A stretch of DNA of 55,589 nucleotides from a virus (IMGVR_UViG_3300043400_000016:1-55589); one strand, 5' to 3'; positions 8,682-18,589 are shown, counted from the first letter of the stretch. Notes: generated from the sequence alone by a model not told the origin. A program made the numbers and translations.

Positions 8682-9836
8682 ATGGCTTGTAACAAGCTAA
8701 CCGACTCCCAGTTAAAAAAGGCGTACGCTGCGTACGTAAAAGCCGGGAACAGCTACACTGTCGCTGCCGCAGGCTTGGGCATGAGCCGATCAGCGTTCAC
8801 TGAAAGGGTACGCACAGCCGTATTTCGCGGTCTAGCCAAGCCGGTGCCCAGCAAAGAATCTTCGGAAATTGAGACTAGTGTACGGGCCATAAAAGAAGCT
8901 AAAGAGAGTCAGAAGGCTCTGTCGGATCAGCTTACGGCAACTATAAAAGAGCGTGACGTAGCTCTTGCTCAGCTAGGCAGAGCCAGAGCAGGAGGCAAGC
9001 CTGACCCAATCCGAGTTTCCCCTCCTAAGACTACAAGCCGAACTGGAGAGAGCGTTAGAGTTATAATTCCGGACTCGCACGGGGCGCACATAGCTAGGAA
9101 CGCCGCAGCAGCTTTTTTATCAGATCTTAAAAATTTAGACCCTGCTGAAATAATCATGCTTGGGGACCACCTTGATTGTGGCGGATTTTTGGCGCAGCAC
9201 CACGTTATGGGATTTGTGGCCGAGACGGAAACTTCCTACGAGGAAGACGTACACTCCGCTAACGAGTTTTTAGACAAGATCCAGGAGATGGCTCCAAAGG
9301 CGTCTATAACATACATTGAAGGGAACCATGAGTCTCGGATTGAGAAGTGGTGTGTAACCCAGGCTTTGCGTAATAAGAGGGATTCCCAGTTCTTGCTAGA
9401 CGCTTTTGGACCGGTTGCTGTGCTTCGGCTAGCTGCTCGTGGTATAAAGTACATTCGTTCAAGTGGCCGGTACGACGATCTTCCCATACCCGGAACTATC
9501 CGTAGAGGACAGTGCTGTTTCACGCACGGTATAAGCTTCGGCACGCATGCCACGCATGACCATGTTCGACGATTCGGGTTCTCTGTTGTGCATGGGCACA
9601 CACACCGGGCACAGTCATCTATAATCCGTACCGTAGGCGGCGGTCTTATCGGCGGGTGGTCTCCCGGCTGTTTGTCCCAGTTACAGCCCTACTACATGGC
9701 GACCAGTCCTACTGATTGGTCGCACGGTTACGGCGTGCAACTTGTGGCTAAGTCAGGAAAGTTCCTGCATCTTAACGTTCCCATAATGGACGGTGAATCA
9801 ATGCTCTTACGTGGCGGGGCTTTCCTTGGGCGGTGA
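8682..9836 (+). CDS. calcineurin-like metallophosphoesterase with N-terminal HTH and coiled coil
   Basis: PDSHG, GDHLD, GNHE, THG, GHTH motifs; N-terminal SYTVAAAGLGMSRSAFTERV. Confidence 0.85.
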   Translation: MACNKLTDSQLKKAYAAYVKAGNSYTVAAAGLGMSRSAFTERVRTAVFRGLAKPVPSKESSEIETSVRAIKEAKESQKALSDQLTATIKERDVALAQLGRARAGGKPDPIRVSPPKTTSRTGESVRVIIPDSHGAHIARNAAAAFLSDLKNLDPAEIIMLGDHLDCGGFLAQHHVMGFVAETETSYEEDVHSANEFLDKIQEMAPKASITYIEGNHESRIEKWCVTQALRNKRDSQFLLDAFGPVAVLRLAARGIKYIRSSGRYDDLPIPGTIRRGQCCFTHGISFGTHATHDHVRRFGFSVVHGHTHRAQSSIIRTVGGGLIGGWSPGCLSQLQPYYMATSPTDWSHGYGVQLVAKSGKFLHLNVPIMDGESMLLRGGAFLGR

Positions 9837-9939
9837 TAAAATGACATTTCTTGAGAAAACAACAACCCAGAGATAGCGGGCGAATATAGCTGCGCAAAAC
9901 AAGACTTGAAGAACTGCAAAATGCAATATCTTCTCGGCT

Positions 9940-10230
9940 ATGCAAAACCCTTTTGATTTCTTTAGTATTGTTAACGACAGTAAAATACCAGTAGTTAGGA
10001 TAACTCGGGGGAGTGCCCGTTGGGATTTCCCCCTAGATGTCTTAAAAGAGATGTCAGTCAAAAAGGAATTTGGCATTGGTAGCAAGGCCGAACAAGCTCA
10101 GGCGCTGGCTATATTTTTATTTTCCAAAGTCACCAAACTTTCCGAGTTTGAAGATCTTCTTGACCCTGTTAATGAGACCGCTGTGGGGCAGTTCTTCATC
10201 GCGTTTACCGGATGGCTTAGAAATAAATAA
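9940..10230 (+). CDS. hypothetical protein
   Basis: 96-aa ORF directly before the lipase gene. Confidence 0.6.
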   Translation: MQNPFDFFSIVNDSKIPVVRITRGSARWDFPLDVLKEMSVKKEFGIGSKAEQAQALAIFLFSKVTKLSEFEDLLDPVNETAVGQFFIAFTGWLRNK

Positions 10231-10232
10231 TC

Positions 10233-10916
10233 ATGTATGTAGATTTTACTGAACTCAGGCCTGTGTGTGAAAAGTCCATGCTGGCTTACATTACTGGTGC
10301 TCGCCCGTATGTATGCGATCTCCCAGAATTAAAAGCCAAGGGGATATTTATAAAAGGAACAGATTCTCCTGATGACGCTTTGGACGATGCCGAAGCTTAT
10401 AAGTCATTAATTCCATTCCTGGGGGCTACCGGGGTAGACATAGGTGCCCGTGCCCATGACGGGTTCCTAGACGCTGCTTCCGGTATTGCTTTACAGATAT
10501 CAAACCAAATTAAATTTAACGAGCGCATTGTACTTGGAGGACATTCTTCCGGTGGTGCGATAGCATCCCTTGTGGCTTTTGAACTGGCCATGAGTGGCTA
10601 TCGGGATATATCCGTGTACACTTTCGGATCCCCTAGGGTATTCAATAAAGCCGCCGCTTCCGCCTATACCGCTTTGATACCCGCCACATACAGAATAGTA
10701 CATGGATACGATATAGTTCCATTTGTTCCTTGGTGGTGCTACCACCATGTCGGAGAATTGATCCGCATAGGCTCTACTGGTTGTGAATTCCCTAAGCGGT
10801 ATGGGCTATCCTGCATAGCCGGGTACTTCGTGGACCGTTTTAGAAGAACTATTAAAGACCACTCAACCGAACAGTATCTATCAGCTGTCAGTGCCTACTG
10901 TAATAACAACAAATGA
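10233..10916 (+). CDS. class-3 lipase (alpha/beta hydrolase)
   Basis: AHDGF, GHSSGG nucleophile elbow, TFGSPRV, DIVPFVP, Y.HVG and C-terminal DH. Confidence 0.85.
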   Translation: MYVDFTELRPVCEKSMLAYITGARPYVCDLPELKAKGIFIKGTDSPDDALDDAEAYKSLIPFLGATGVDIGARAHDGFLDAASGIALQISNQIKFNERIVLGGHSSGGAIASLVAFELAMSGYRDISVYTFGSPRVFNKAAASAYTALIPATYRIVHGYDIVPFVPWWCYHHVGELIRIGSTGCEFPKRYGLSCIAGYFVDRFRRTIKDHSTEQYLSAVSAYCNNNK

Positions 10917-11473
10917 TTAAAGATATTCTACTGGACATGGATGGTGTATGTACAGACTTTGTAGGATCTGTCCTCCGTGCCTTTGAACTTAGTACGGAGG
11001 AACAAGCTAGGCTATACAAAAACTGGCCGCATGGAGAGTACCACGTAAACCGCTTGATCGGTGTGTCCCGTAACGCTATGTGGAAGAAGATTGACTCTAA
11101 GGGTGTGGAATTCTGGTCAGAGATGCCAGAGTACCCCTGGTTTGATAAATTTTACGCAGATTTATCCGAGATAGCCCCGGTTACTTTTTGTACGTCACCC
11201 GGAAGATCGCACATGGCTGCTTCCGGGAAAATACAGTGGTTACAAAAGAAATTTGGCAGCGGGTTTGATAAGTACGTACTTACTCCGCATAAGCATCTTT
11301 TGTCAAAGCAGGACAGCGCACTTATTGACGACTCAAACGAAAATATAGATGGCTTTAACAACGGCCCTAGTTGTTTTGGTCTTGGATTACTGTTCCCGCG
11401 CCCATGGAATAATGCCACTCGTGAGGAGGCTCCAGAAGAGGCGTGTGACCGTATCTGCCGTATACTAATTTAG
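10913..11473 (+). CDS. HAD-family 5'(3')-deoxyribonucleotidase
   Basis: DMDGV, FCTSP, GKIQWL, LIDD, PWN motifs. Confidence 0.85.
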   Translation: MIKDILLDMDGVCTDFVGSVLRAFELSTEEQARLYKNWPHGEYHVNRLIGVSRNAMWKKIDSKGVEFWSEMPEYPWFDKFYADLSEIAPVTFCTSPGRSHMAASGKIQWLQKKFGSGFDKYVLTPHKHLLSKQDSALIDDSNENIDGFNNGPSCFGLGLLFPRPWNNATREEAPEEACDRICRILI

Positions 11474-11580
11474 CAAACCAACCGTGTTGGTACCAACACG
11501 GTGTTATTTTACATAGTTATTGACAAATCTACGGTAAACAGTGTTTGCTGGAAAATAGAGGGGCTGATAATAGCCCCTCT

Positions 11581-12171
11581 ATGCATACCCTTCCCATTCG
11601 CCCCCTAAAAAGTAAAACCAACGAATACGGAGATGACTGCGACTACAGTTACGCATGCCTAGCAGGGCTGCTAAATTTAGACTCAATTACAGAAGCTAAA
11701 AATGTCGTAAGGATGACCCTTGGAGAAGCAGTTGCGTTTACTCCTTATCATCTTAGAGATTTCCTTAACAAGGCCGGCACGCCATACCGAGAAATCTCGG
11801 CTGAATTCGATTACCGAAGAATAGGCACGCAAGGAACGCCTTGGAGCAATATTTTCTGGTACACCGCTGCACAATCAGAGATTAGTCTTGGTAATACGCT
11901 ATTTTGCTACATGCGGTTTGACCGCCGTGTACCCCCGGCCCCAGGGTTTAAATCAGAGGATAACAATACCCATAGCGTTCTTATAAATGGTTGGAAAAAA
12001 GAACTTATTCACGAGACTGACCCAGTAAAAGTCGCTGAAGGAATTATTGGCCATTACGAAGAGCAGCTGCGCGTCTCTTGCCCTATTCGTGGAGAGTATT
12101 GGATAAATTGGGCTGATCTGCTTTACTGGCACGGGCTGATAGCGATACCAGTAAAGCCTGCTCGTAGATAA
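11581..12171 (+). CDS. putative papain-fold (C39-like) peptidase
   Basis: DCDYSYACLAGLL (catalytic Cys context) and HSVLINGW; ATG 11581 preferred over TTG 11545. Confidence 0.45.
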   Translation: MHTLPIRPLKSKTNEYGDDCDYSYACLAGLLNLDSITEAKNVVRMTLGEAVAFTPYHLRDFLNKAGTPYREISAEFDYRRIGTQGTPWSNIFWYTAAQSEISLGNTLFCYMRFDRRVPPAPGFKSEDNNTHSVLINGWKKELIHETDPVKVAEGIIGHYEEQLRVSCPIRGEYWINWADLLYWHGLIAIPVKPARR

Positions 12172-12176
12172 ATATC

Positions 12177-12614
12177 TTGACATTATCTATCGTGGTTCAT
12201 TCTGCTGCGGTGAAGCGAAAGCAATTACAGCAATGTGCTACGATAGCTCGTGCCAATTTTTACAAACACCCAAGCCAGACATACCGCCTTTGGGCATTTG
12301 TCTGGCAGGGTGGAGAATTAGTCGATTGGTCTACGAACAAAAAAGCAACTGCTCGGCTTAGAAGATGCGGCTATGGTGTTCCTGGTAATAATTGCCACAG
12401 GGATACTTTACACGCGGAGCCGGAAGCTTTTAGGAAATCTTACGGATTACTAGATCACCGGAAGGCGTGGTCCATAGTCTGCATAAGAATTAGGAAAGAC
12501 ATGAGTTTCGGTATGGCCTGCCCGTGTGCCCTATGTAACAGTTTTATAAAAGCCCATGGTTGCAGCGAGGCGTACTTTACAGTTTACGGAAATGATTTTG
12601 CAAAGATTGTTTGA
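12177..12614 (+). CDS. Zn-dependent cytidine/dCMP-deaminase-superfamily protein
   Basis: LHAE and ACPCALC motifs. Confidence 0.75.
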   Translation: MTLSIVVHSAAVKRKQLQQCATIARANFYKHPSQTYRLWAFVWQGGELVDWSTNKKATARLRRCGYGVPGNNCHRDTLHAEPEAFRKSYGLLDHRKAWSIVCIRIRKDMSFGMACPCALCNSFIKAHGCSEAYFTVYGNDFAKIV

Positions 12615-13228
12615 GGGCCTTTAGTCATCTGGTCTATTATTTTCTTTGGTGCATTATTTATGTCATGATTTTCATTGAAGAGGGTCAGGAGAGTTGCCGC
12701 CTGTTCTCTGGTTAAGGGCCTTGAAAGAATGTGCTTGAGTCTGTTTTGAAGTTCAATAGGAAGCAGTTGAGAATAGGGAAGAAAAGGATTCCTATTTGCG
12801 CTTGTTCTTAACTTAGGAACAGGCCTATTGGACGCATTAAGATTAGATAGTGTGTGCCCCAACTTAACGTGTTTCTCTTTTTGAGCTTCCGATAATTTTT
12901 CCCATTTTGGGAAAATCTTAGGATAGCTAAATACGGTACTCGCCAGAATATCCGCTGGATATCCGTTGAGAGCCATGGCTAGCTCCACGGCCTCAATTTC
13001 CGTTATATCGTGGACTTCACACTCAATTTCGTCAACGTCAAGCCTAAGAGCCGCAGATAAGCGGGCGTGACCGTCTACTAGCACGTTATCTTTAGTTACA
13101 TGAATAGGCTGAAGCAGTCCAATGTTTTTTACACTGTTGTAGATCAGTGAGTCTCTAAGCTGGGTTTGTTTTCTTATTCTATTTGGGGTAATTTGTCCTG
13201 GATGAAGCGTGGTAGATGTAATAGCCAT
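12584..13228 (-). CDS. ParB-like N-terminal domain protein
   Basis: SVKNIGLLQPIHVT...LVDGHARLSAA; start probably MAITS at 13228. Confidence 0.75.
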   Translation of the reverse strand: MAITSTTLHPGQITPNRIRKQTQLRDSLIYNSVKNIGLLQPIHVTKDNVLVDGHARLSAALRLDVDEIECEVHDITEIEAVELAMALNGYPADILASTVFSYPKIFPKWEKLSEAQKEKHVKLGHTLSNLNASNRPVPKLRTSANRNPFLPYSQLLPIELQNRLKHILSRPLTREQAATLLTLFNENHDINNAPKKIIDQMTKGPQTIFAKSFP

Positions 13229-14073
13229 GTTCTTACAGTTTTGTTGTTGGGCTGAATAGAGGGTATCTTGCCGTATGCACAAAGTAGCGTAGCCACCGCC
13301 AACGCCTTGCCGCGAGTCATCTGATTTACTCTGACAAGCATGCTCATAAGCCCCGAACTACTTGGCATCTCCGGTTCGTTCATAAGTTCTTCTAATAGAT
13401 CCATCGGAACAACGGGAGGAACAGACTTCGGCCTACCCCGACTCTTGGCCATTGGGTCCGTTATTTTTTCTAACTGTGAAATGGTAATATGCTTATTTGC
13501 ATGTATGGCTTCTTGAAGCTCGGTCTCTGGGAGAGACTTTACTGCTTGGAAAGCTTCTGCTACGCGGGCATACGATATGTTGAGAGAAAAAGATATCTCG
13601 CCAATAGTCATTTTGGTTTGGAGTAATAACCATGCCGTGTACAGGGACAGCGGGTGTCGGTTCAACCGGTAATGCTGAAATACTGGTATGCTGCCGCTAG
13701 GGTACACTATACACTCAGCCGTATCTTTTACTCCCTTTAATGTTCTATAATACCACTGATTTCCGTCCAGAATTAAAAACTTATTTTCATTTATTTTTTC
13801 TACCACAAGAGGATAAGCCCTAGTACCGATTGGCAGTGACGCTCCTGGGACTGGTGGTACAAGGGGAAAAAGTTTAGACACCGGAACTACTTCTCTTAAG
13901 TGTATGCCTTTTTGCAAAGCCTCACACTCGTCAAGAGAAAGCTCTCTATCCCTCATCAATTTTTTCTGCAACGGTGTCGCCATAAGAATAAGACGATAAC
14001 GCTGGGTGTTCTTAACTGATTCTTTTACTTTACCCTGGGAGACTAATTCTGCCCTATCAATAGCGCACGTCAT
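13174..14073 (-). CDS. degenerate ParB-like protein with HTH
   Basis: YPLVVEK...FLILDGNQWYYR resembles ParB box II without the Arg finger; TIGEISFSLNISYARVAEA HTH. Confidence 0.5.
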   Translation of the reverse strand: MTCAIDRAELVSQGKVKESVKNTQRYRLILMATPLQKKLMRDRELSLDECEALQKGIHLREVVPVSKLFPLVPPVPGASLPIGTRAYPLVVEKINENKFLILDGNQWYYRTLKGVKDTAECIVYPSGSIPVFQHYRLNRHPLSLYTAWLLLQTKMTIGEISFSLNISYARVAEAFQAVKSLPETELQEAIHANKHITISQLEKITDPMAKSRGRPKSVPPVVPMDLLEELMNEPEMPSSSGLMSMLVRVNQMTRGKALAVATLLCAYGKIPSIQPNNKTVRTWLLHLPRFIQDKLPQIE

Positions 14074-14435
14074 GATGCCACCAATTTACCAGTGCCTTCA
14101 AGAGCAGTTATGATGTTATCCAGGTCTTGCCTCCACGATTCTTTATCCATGCACACGAGAAGTATTTTCTTATTCCAAGGCATGTTCTTGGCGTAGGCAA
14201 GGCTCTCAACTATTATAAAAGAGGCCGGCGGATACTTTTCATTACCGGCAGTCTGCGCTTGCTTGGTAACAAATTTTCTGGCTGTCTCAGGAGTGTAGTT
14301 GTATTTTTTGTTCTCTTCGTGGTACAAGCCCCTGAGCTTGGCGTACCGCTGATGAAGAGCTTGGAGATAAATGCGAAGATCTTGCCTATAGTCTGTACGA
14401 ATGTTGCCGAAAACCGAGTATGTAGTGAAGGCCAT
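14070..14435 (-). CDS. hypothetical protein, first gene of the leftward ParB-like operon
   Basis: 121-aa ORF, ATGA overlap with 13174-14073. Confidence 0.65.
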   Translation of the reverse strand: MAFTTYSVFGNIRTDYRQDLRIYLQALHQRYAKLRGLYHEENKKYNYTPETARKFVTKQAQTAGNEKYPPASFIIVESLAYAKNMPWNKKILLVCMDKESWRQDLDNIITALEGTGKLVAS

Positions 14436-14524
14436 GGCTATGGTTTATAGGACGCCCTAATAAGTCAAACACTGTTTGCGTGGTATTGTAGTTGGCCTAT
14501 TATTCGGGAACACTAGGAATTATC

Positions 14525-15544
14525 ATGAGCCAGATCAATGAGTCCCATGTCAAAGCTGTTGTCAACGGCCAGCGTCCAAAGGCTATCGCTGAAAAGATGG
14601 CTGACATTATGGTTCGCAAAGTAAAAACTAATCTCGTGGCAAAGCGCCAAAGTAAGACTCCCGACCGTGATTTCACCGAGATCCTGCCAAACCCGGTGCC
14701 CGGCTCGCCCCAGGCTAAGGAAAAGAACGGAATTAAGGAGAAGCTGGATAATTTACGTGAAGCGGTAAGCGGGTACAGCTATAAGAAGATAGCAGGCCCC
14801 GGTAAAAATGGTGTTGATGATCGGCACACTGTTACGCACATCGCCAGTGGCAAAGTCGTCTCAACCCGTGGGGCTACGGGGACTAAGCATAGTCCCGACG
14901 CTACCGAAAAAGATAAACAAGCTGCATACGATCTTTTTAAGGCACACGGCTTGCGCCCTAGCCCTTTTGAATCAGTAGAGGAGTCGCGTGCGTCAACCAA
15001 GCCCGCCCCAGTCACTGCCGCAATCGACAAGCTCGCAGCCAGGTATAGCCCCTTTTCAGTTAACCATCACACCCAGGCTACCGGCCATCAGCATACTGTG
15101 GTCGTGTTCAAGCCCGGTGCCAAGACGGAAGCAGAAAAGTTCCGCAAGGCAGTGGGCACAATGGGCTGGACTTCCAGTGAAGGCAAGGAACACGACAATG
15201 ACGTTACGGTCATCGTGAACCACAAGGGCATCAATGAAGCTCAGGCCATGTTCCTTCAAGGGTTCCTCCACGAGGGCACCGACAAGGAGCCTTTGGACTA
15301 TGCATATGCCATGGGTAAAGCTCTCGCCAATGGGCACGATCTCGAAGAAGCTTGGAAAAATGCCACGGGCAAGCGTAGTGGTGCATGGCATCCGTTCCTC
15401 ACTGTTCCGGCTCCCGGCGGTATGTGGATGAATATTGTTCGTAAGACTGGGCAGCATATTGGTGGTCTATTTCGGAATCGCTCTTTGGCCCGTCAGGCCG
15501 CTGACTCTATGGCTTCGCGAATGACTGCTAGTGCTGGGCGTTAA
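14525..15544 (+). CDS. putative internal head protein
   Basis: Repeated gp21-type cleavage motifs INES, LREA, VEES, INEA, LHEG, LEEA; lies upstream of head genes. Confidence 0.55.
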   Translation: MSQINESHVKAVVNGQRPKAIAEKMADIMVRKVKTNLVAKRQSKTPDRDFTEILPNPVPGSPQAKEKNGIKEKLDNLREAVSGYSYKKIAGPGKNGVDDRHTVTHIASGKVVSTRGATGTKHSPDATEKDKQAAYDLFKAHGLRPSPFESVEESRASTKPAPVTAAIDKLAARYSPFSVNHHTQATGHQHTVVVFKPGAKTEAEKFRKAVGTMGWTSSEGKEHDNDVTVIVNHKGINEAQAMFLQGFLHEGTDKEPLDYAYAMGKALANGHDLEEAWKNATGKRSGAWHPFLTVPAPGGMWMNIVRKTGQHIGGLFRNRSLARQAADSMASRMTASAGR

Positions 15545-15546
15545 TC

Positions 15547-16164
15547 GTGGGCGCTATTCCACCCTATAGTGAAGTTACCAGACAGAGAGACGGAGAAGAC
15601 TCCGGTTTTTCTGCTGGTAGTCAGCAGTCCAGAACAGACCCTAATTTCAAACGCGGAGTAGTTGTGTCTAATAACATAAGAAGCCAACTAAAACAGCGTT
15701 TGCAAGCTCTAAAGGAAATGGTTTCTTCCGGTAGCGTCGGTGGCTTCGTTGCTGGCGGGGTCGGCAAGAAGAAGTATAAGCCTACGATAAAAGATATGGG
15801 CGGTAGCAACCCGGTAATTACTCGTGACGGTACTGTAGCTGAGTCCAATCTTTTTAAACGCTTGGCAAATCTCCGCGAAGCCGTCTCTGGGGGCAATGTT
15901 GATCCTACCGGAAACTCATATCCAGCCGCTGGACAGTACCCAGGAACTGACGACCCTACCGGCACTAAGGATCCTGGTAATCTTCCGCAGAAGCCTAAGA
16001 AGCCAGCTAAGCGGTATAGTGGAAAGGAATATAAGCCTGACGGACAGATCAAGAGCACTTGGCGTCCTGTTGGTGTACAAAACCCTAGCGGTCGTGGCCG
16101 CGCCGGTAACACCACATCCGATTATTCAATCCCAAATGTTAATGCTGGCCAACGGTCCCCGTAA
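15547..16164 (+). CDS. putative internal head protein (low complexity)
   Basis: LKEM, VAES, LREA motifs; shares L.NLREAVSG with 14525-15544. Confidence 0.5.
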   Translation: MGAIPPYSEVTRQRDGEDSGFSAGSQQSRTDPNFKRGVVVSNNIRSQLKQRLQALKEMVSSGSVGGFVAGGVGKKKYKPTIKDMGGSNPVITRDGTVAESNLFKRLANLREAVSGGNVDPTGNSYPAAGQYPGTDDPTGTKDPGNLPQKPKKPAKRYSGKEYKPDGQIKSTWRPVGVQNPSGRGRAGNTTSDYSIPNVNAGQRSP

Positions 16165-16806
16165 CTAGTCTATGTTATCTCTCCTAGCCAAGAACGTAAT
16201 CTGACTGGGAGACCAAGATACTTTTCCGTGCTTGTTAAGTCTATTACCGCGGCAAAGCTCACGGCACACGGATGAAAGGCTTTGATTACGCGCAAGATAA
16301 GTTCTAATCAGAACCAGGGTCAATTGCTGTTCTTCATTCTTAGACCCGTCAGGATTGAAGCCAAACGGTACGCCGCCTCTAAAACTTCCAGGCTTCTGTC
16401 GAAGAGTTTTTAAACCAGGAACAGCGTGATCTTTAAGATCAGAAACTAGTCCAACCACAGGCTCACGGTCAAACAGTGTTTTCTTTCCAGACGCTATCCA
16501 AGTATTTGCTCCTCCAGATTTACGGTATTTGAAGAAAAGATCTCTTGTGATGTACGACTGTGCAAAATCGTTGCACACAGCACACAGTAGAAATCTCACA
16601 CCCTCTACTGTAAATATTTTGTGAGCGGGAACGCCGCAGCATACGCACAACTTATCCGGGTTATCCCGAGACGCTAATTTTAGATCTTTATTAGCTCCTC
16701 TGCGGGGGTTTATTCTTGTACCGCATTTGGTACACCCGTAGATCTTACGCGGAGCAGTATCAACGTAGCTATGATCGCAATCCGGACATCGGCGTAGTAC
16801 AGGCAT
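16165..16806 (-). CDS. Zn-finger protein with serine-recombinase-type DNA-binding (Recombinase) domain
   Basis: Four CxxC pairs; C-terminal GGVPFGF...NEEQQ..L..I......SLSSVCREL...WSPSQI; no catalytic resolvase domain visible. Confidence 0.55.
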   Translation of the reverse strand: MPVLRRCPDCDHSYVDTAPRKIYGCTKCGTRINPRRGANKDLKLASRDNPDKLCVCCGVPAHKIFTVEGVRFLLCAVCNDFAQSYITRDLFFKYRKSGGANTWIASGKKTLFDREPVVGLVSDLKDHAVPGLKTLRQKPGSFRGGVPFGFNPDGSKNEEQQLTLVLIRTYLARNQSLSSVCRELCRGNRLNKHGKVSWSPSQITFLARRDNID

Positions 16807-16884
16807 TCTGTAATAATCTGTTATTTTACGTAAAGTCCATAGCTGTCGGTTGCACCGCGCCGCCTAAAATAAAGATAGAGCACT

Positions 16885-18141
16885 ATGCCTACTCCATACG
16901 TCAAAAAAATTGCTAGTGATACCGGCATGGCGTTGGCCTCTGTGGAAGCTAAGTGGGAGCAGGCTAAAGAGGCTGCTTCTAAGCAATATCCAGGGCTAGA
17001 GACTAAGGACTCTGGAAAATTTTACTCAATAGTAACCAGCATCTTGAAAAAGATGACTCATCAAAAGGATGAAACTGTGGAAATTAAGCCTATCTCGGAA
17101 ATTCTTGCTGACATAAAAGCTGGAAAAATGACAACTGCCGAAGCTACTGACGTGTTAGCGAACGCTCTTGTTAGTGAGAATCTAAAGCCTTATGCCGATA
17201 GTGTTTTTAAGAACTGGGGAAAGCGAGGCTACGAGCGCCTTGGCCCAGCTCTTCTTCCTGGTGGAAAACCAGAAGACATAAAAAATACTAAGGGTCTTAA
17301 AGAATCGGAAGAAATTCTTGAGTCTACCGAGGAAGCCGGGCGTGCTGCCGGAAAGTCCCTAGCCAAACAGGCGCACCCGACAGTGGTTAAAGTAACCCAC
17401 GGCGACGGGTCTTCTGATGACGTTAAGATTAAAGTTTTACATAATAGTGCGAGCGACATGGAAAAAGCCGCGTATCATGCCACGGCTGCCGACCATTTTA
17501 AGAAAGAGGCTGGACAAGCCGCGCTGCTCAAGCACAAGGCGCATAAGAACGAACTACACAAGCTGCTTCGTAAGCACAGTGACCACGGACTCATAGATTC
17601 TGGGTATAGTTATGCTTATAGTCCTGTTCCAAATGACGCACATCCTGATGTGAAGGCCGGGATCCATGCCTGTAAGTGTGTACACGGCCTGACCAAGGAT
17701 GTCGTGGAATCAACTGAAGAATCCTTGGAAGAAACAGCCAAACCCTATGCTAACCCGGCTTTTGCCCGTACGCATAAGCGTGTCTATAATAAGCTGGTCG
17801 GACTCTACGTCCCGGATTTTAAAGAGAAGACAGAAGCTGCTACTAGGCCAGCCCTCATGCCGGAAGCTCTAATCTCCAGCATGAAGGAGTCTTCGGAGAA
17901 TATGGGGCACTCCTATATCTTTGAGGATATGGGCCTAGAACCCCGTGACATCATCATTGTTACTACTACCGATAGCTTCAAGGCTATCCGTGTCGGTGAC
18001 ATGGTTGAAATGGCCAAGGGGGCAGATGTCGAAGCCATCTGCAAGATTCTTGAGAAACAAGTCAAGGAACCCTGTACTGTCTTCGCTACCGGTGTTGACG
18101 CCAGTCTCAACAAGCTCATGGCTCTGATGCCATCCAAGTAA
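16885..18141 (+). CDS. putative internal head protein
   Basis: MPTPYVKKIA..TG.....VEAKWEQAK N-terminus typical of T4-like virion proteins; LKES, ILES, VVES, LEET, MKES motifs. Confidence 0.55.
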   Translation: MPTPYVKKIASDTGMALASVEAKWEQAKEAASKQYPGLETKDSGKFYSIVTSILKKMTHQKDETVEIKPISEILADIKAGKMTTAEATDVLANALVSENLKPYADSVFKNWGKRGYERLGPALLPGGKPEDIKNTKGLKESEEILESTEEAGRAAGKSLAKQAHPTVVKVTHGDGSSDDVKIKVLHNSASDMEKAAYHATAADHFKKEAGQAALLKHKAHKNELHKLLRKHSDHGLIDSGYSYAYSPVPNDAHPDVKAGIHACKCVHGLTKDVVESTEESLEETAKPYANPAFARTHKRVYNKLVGLYVPDFKEKTEAATRPALMPEALISSMKESSENMGHSYIFEDMGLEPRDIIIVTTTDSFKAIRVGDMVEMAKGADVEAICKILEKQVKEPCTVFATGVDASLNKLMALMPSK

Positions 18142-18509
18142 TGTGGATTCTTAAGAAAACGGTGCAGTTCACTGGGCTGCACCGACTTCCTGAAAACAGC
18201 GGCCCCTCGGGGGCATGGCACAAGCATAATTTTGTGTGTCATGCACTGGTAGCTTACAACTCTATCGGAAACAAAGGAGATTCAGCCGGATTAAGCATAG
18301 ATTTTTGCGTCATAGAAGAAGCTTTAAACGCAATAAAAGATAAGTATCTCCACGATAAGAATCTAAATGATACAACTGGTCTTAATAACCCTAGCTGTGA
18401 AGAACTGTCTCGCTGGATATTTAATAAGTTAAAAAACTATATTCCATGTTTGCACTCGGTTGAGTTAGAGGAATCATCTACAGCATCGTGCGTTTATTCC
18501 GAGGCGTAA
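18141..18509 (+). CDS. queD: QueD/PTPS-family (T-fold) protein, catalytically atypical
   Basis: F.G.HRLP, HKH, IDF, LND..GLNNPSCEE, VELEES..ASC.Y; canonical CxxxHGH reads SGAWHKH. Confidence 0.7.
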   Translation: MWILKKTVQFTGLHRLPENSGPSGAWHKHNFVCHALVAYNSIGNKGDSAGLSIDFCVIEEALNAIKDKYLHDKNLNDTTGLNNPSCEELSRWIFNKLKNYIPCLHSVELEESSTASCVYSEA

Positions 18510-18589
18510 TCGGATATGCGAATGATCGCAAACACTGTTTGCGATAACGGGCCGTGCCCACAAGCCGCTATGAGCGGTAGGAGATGTAG

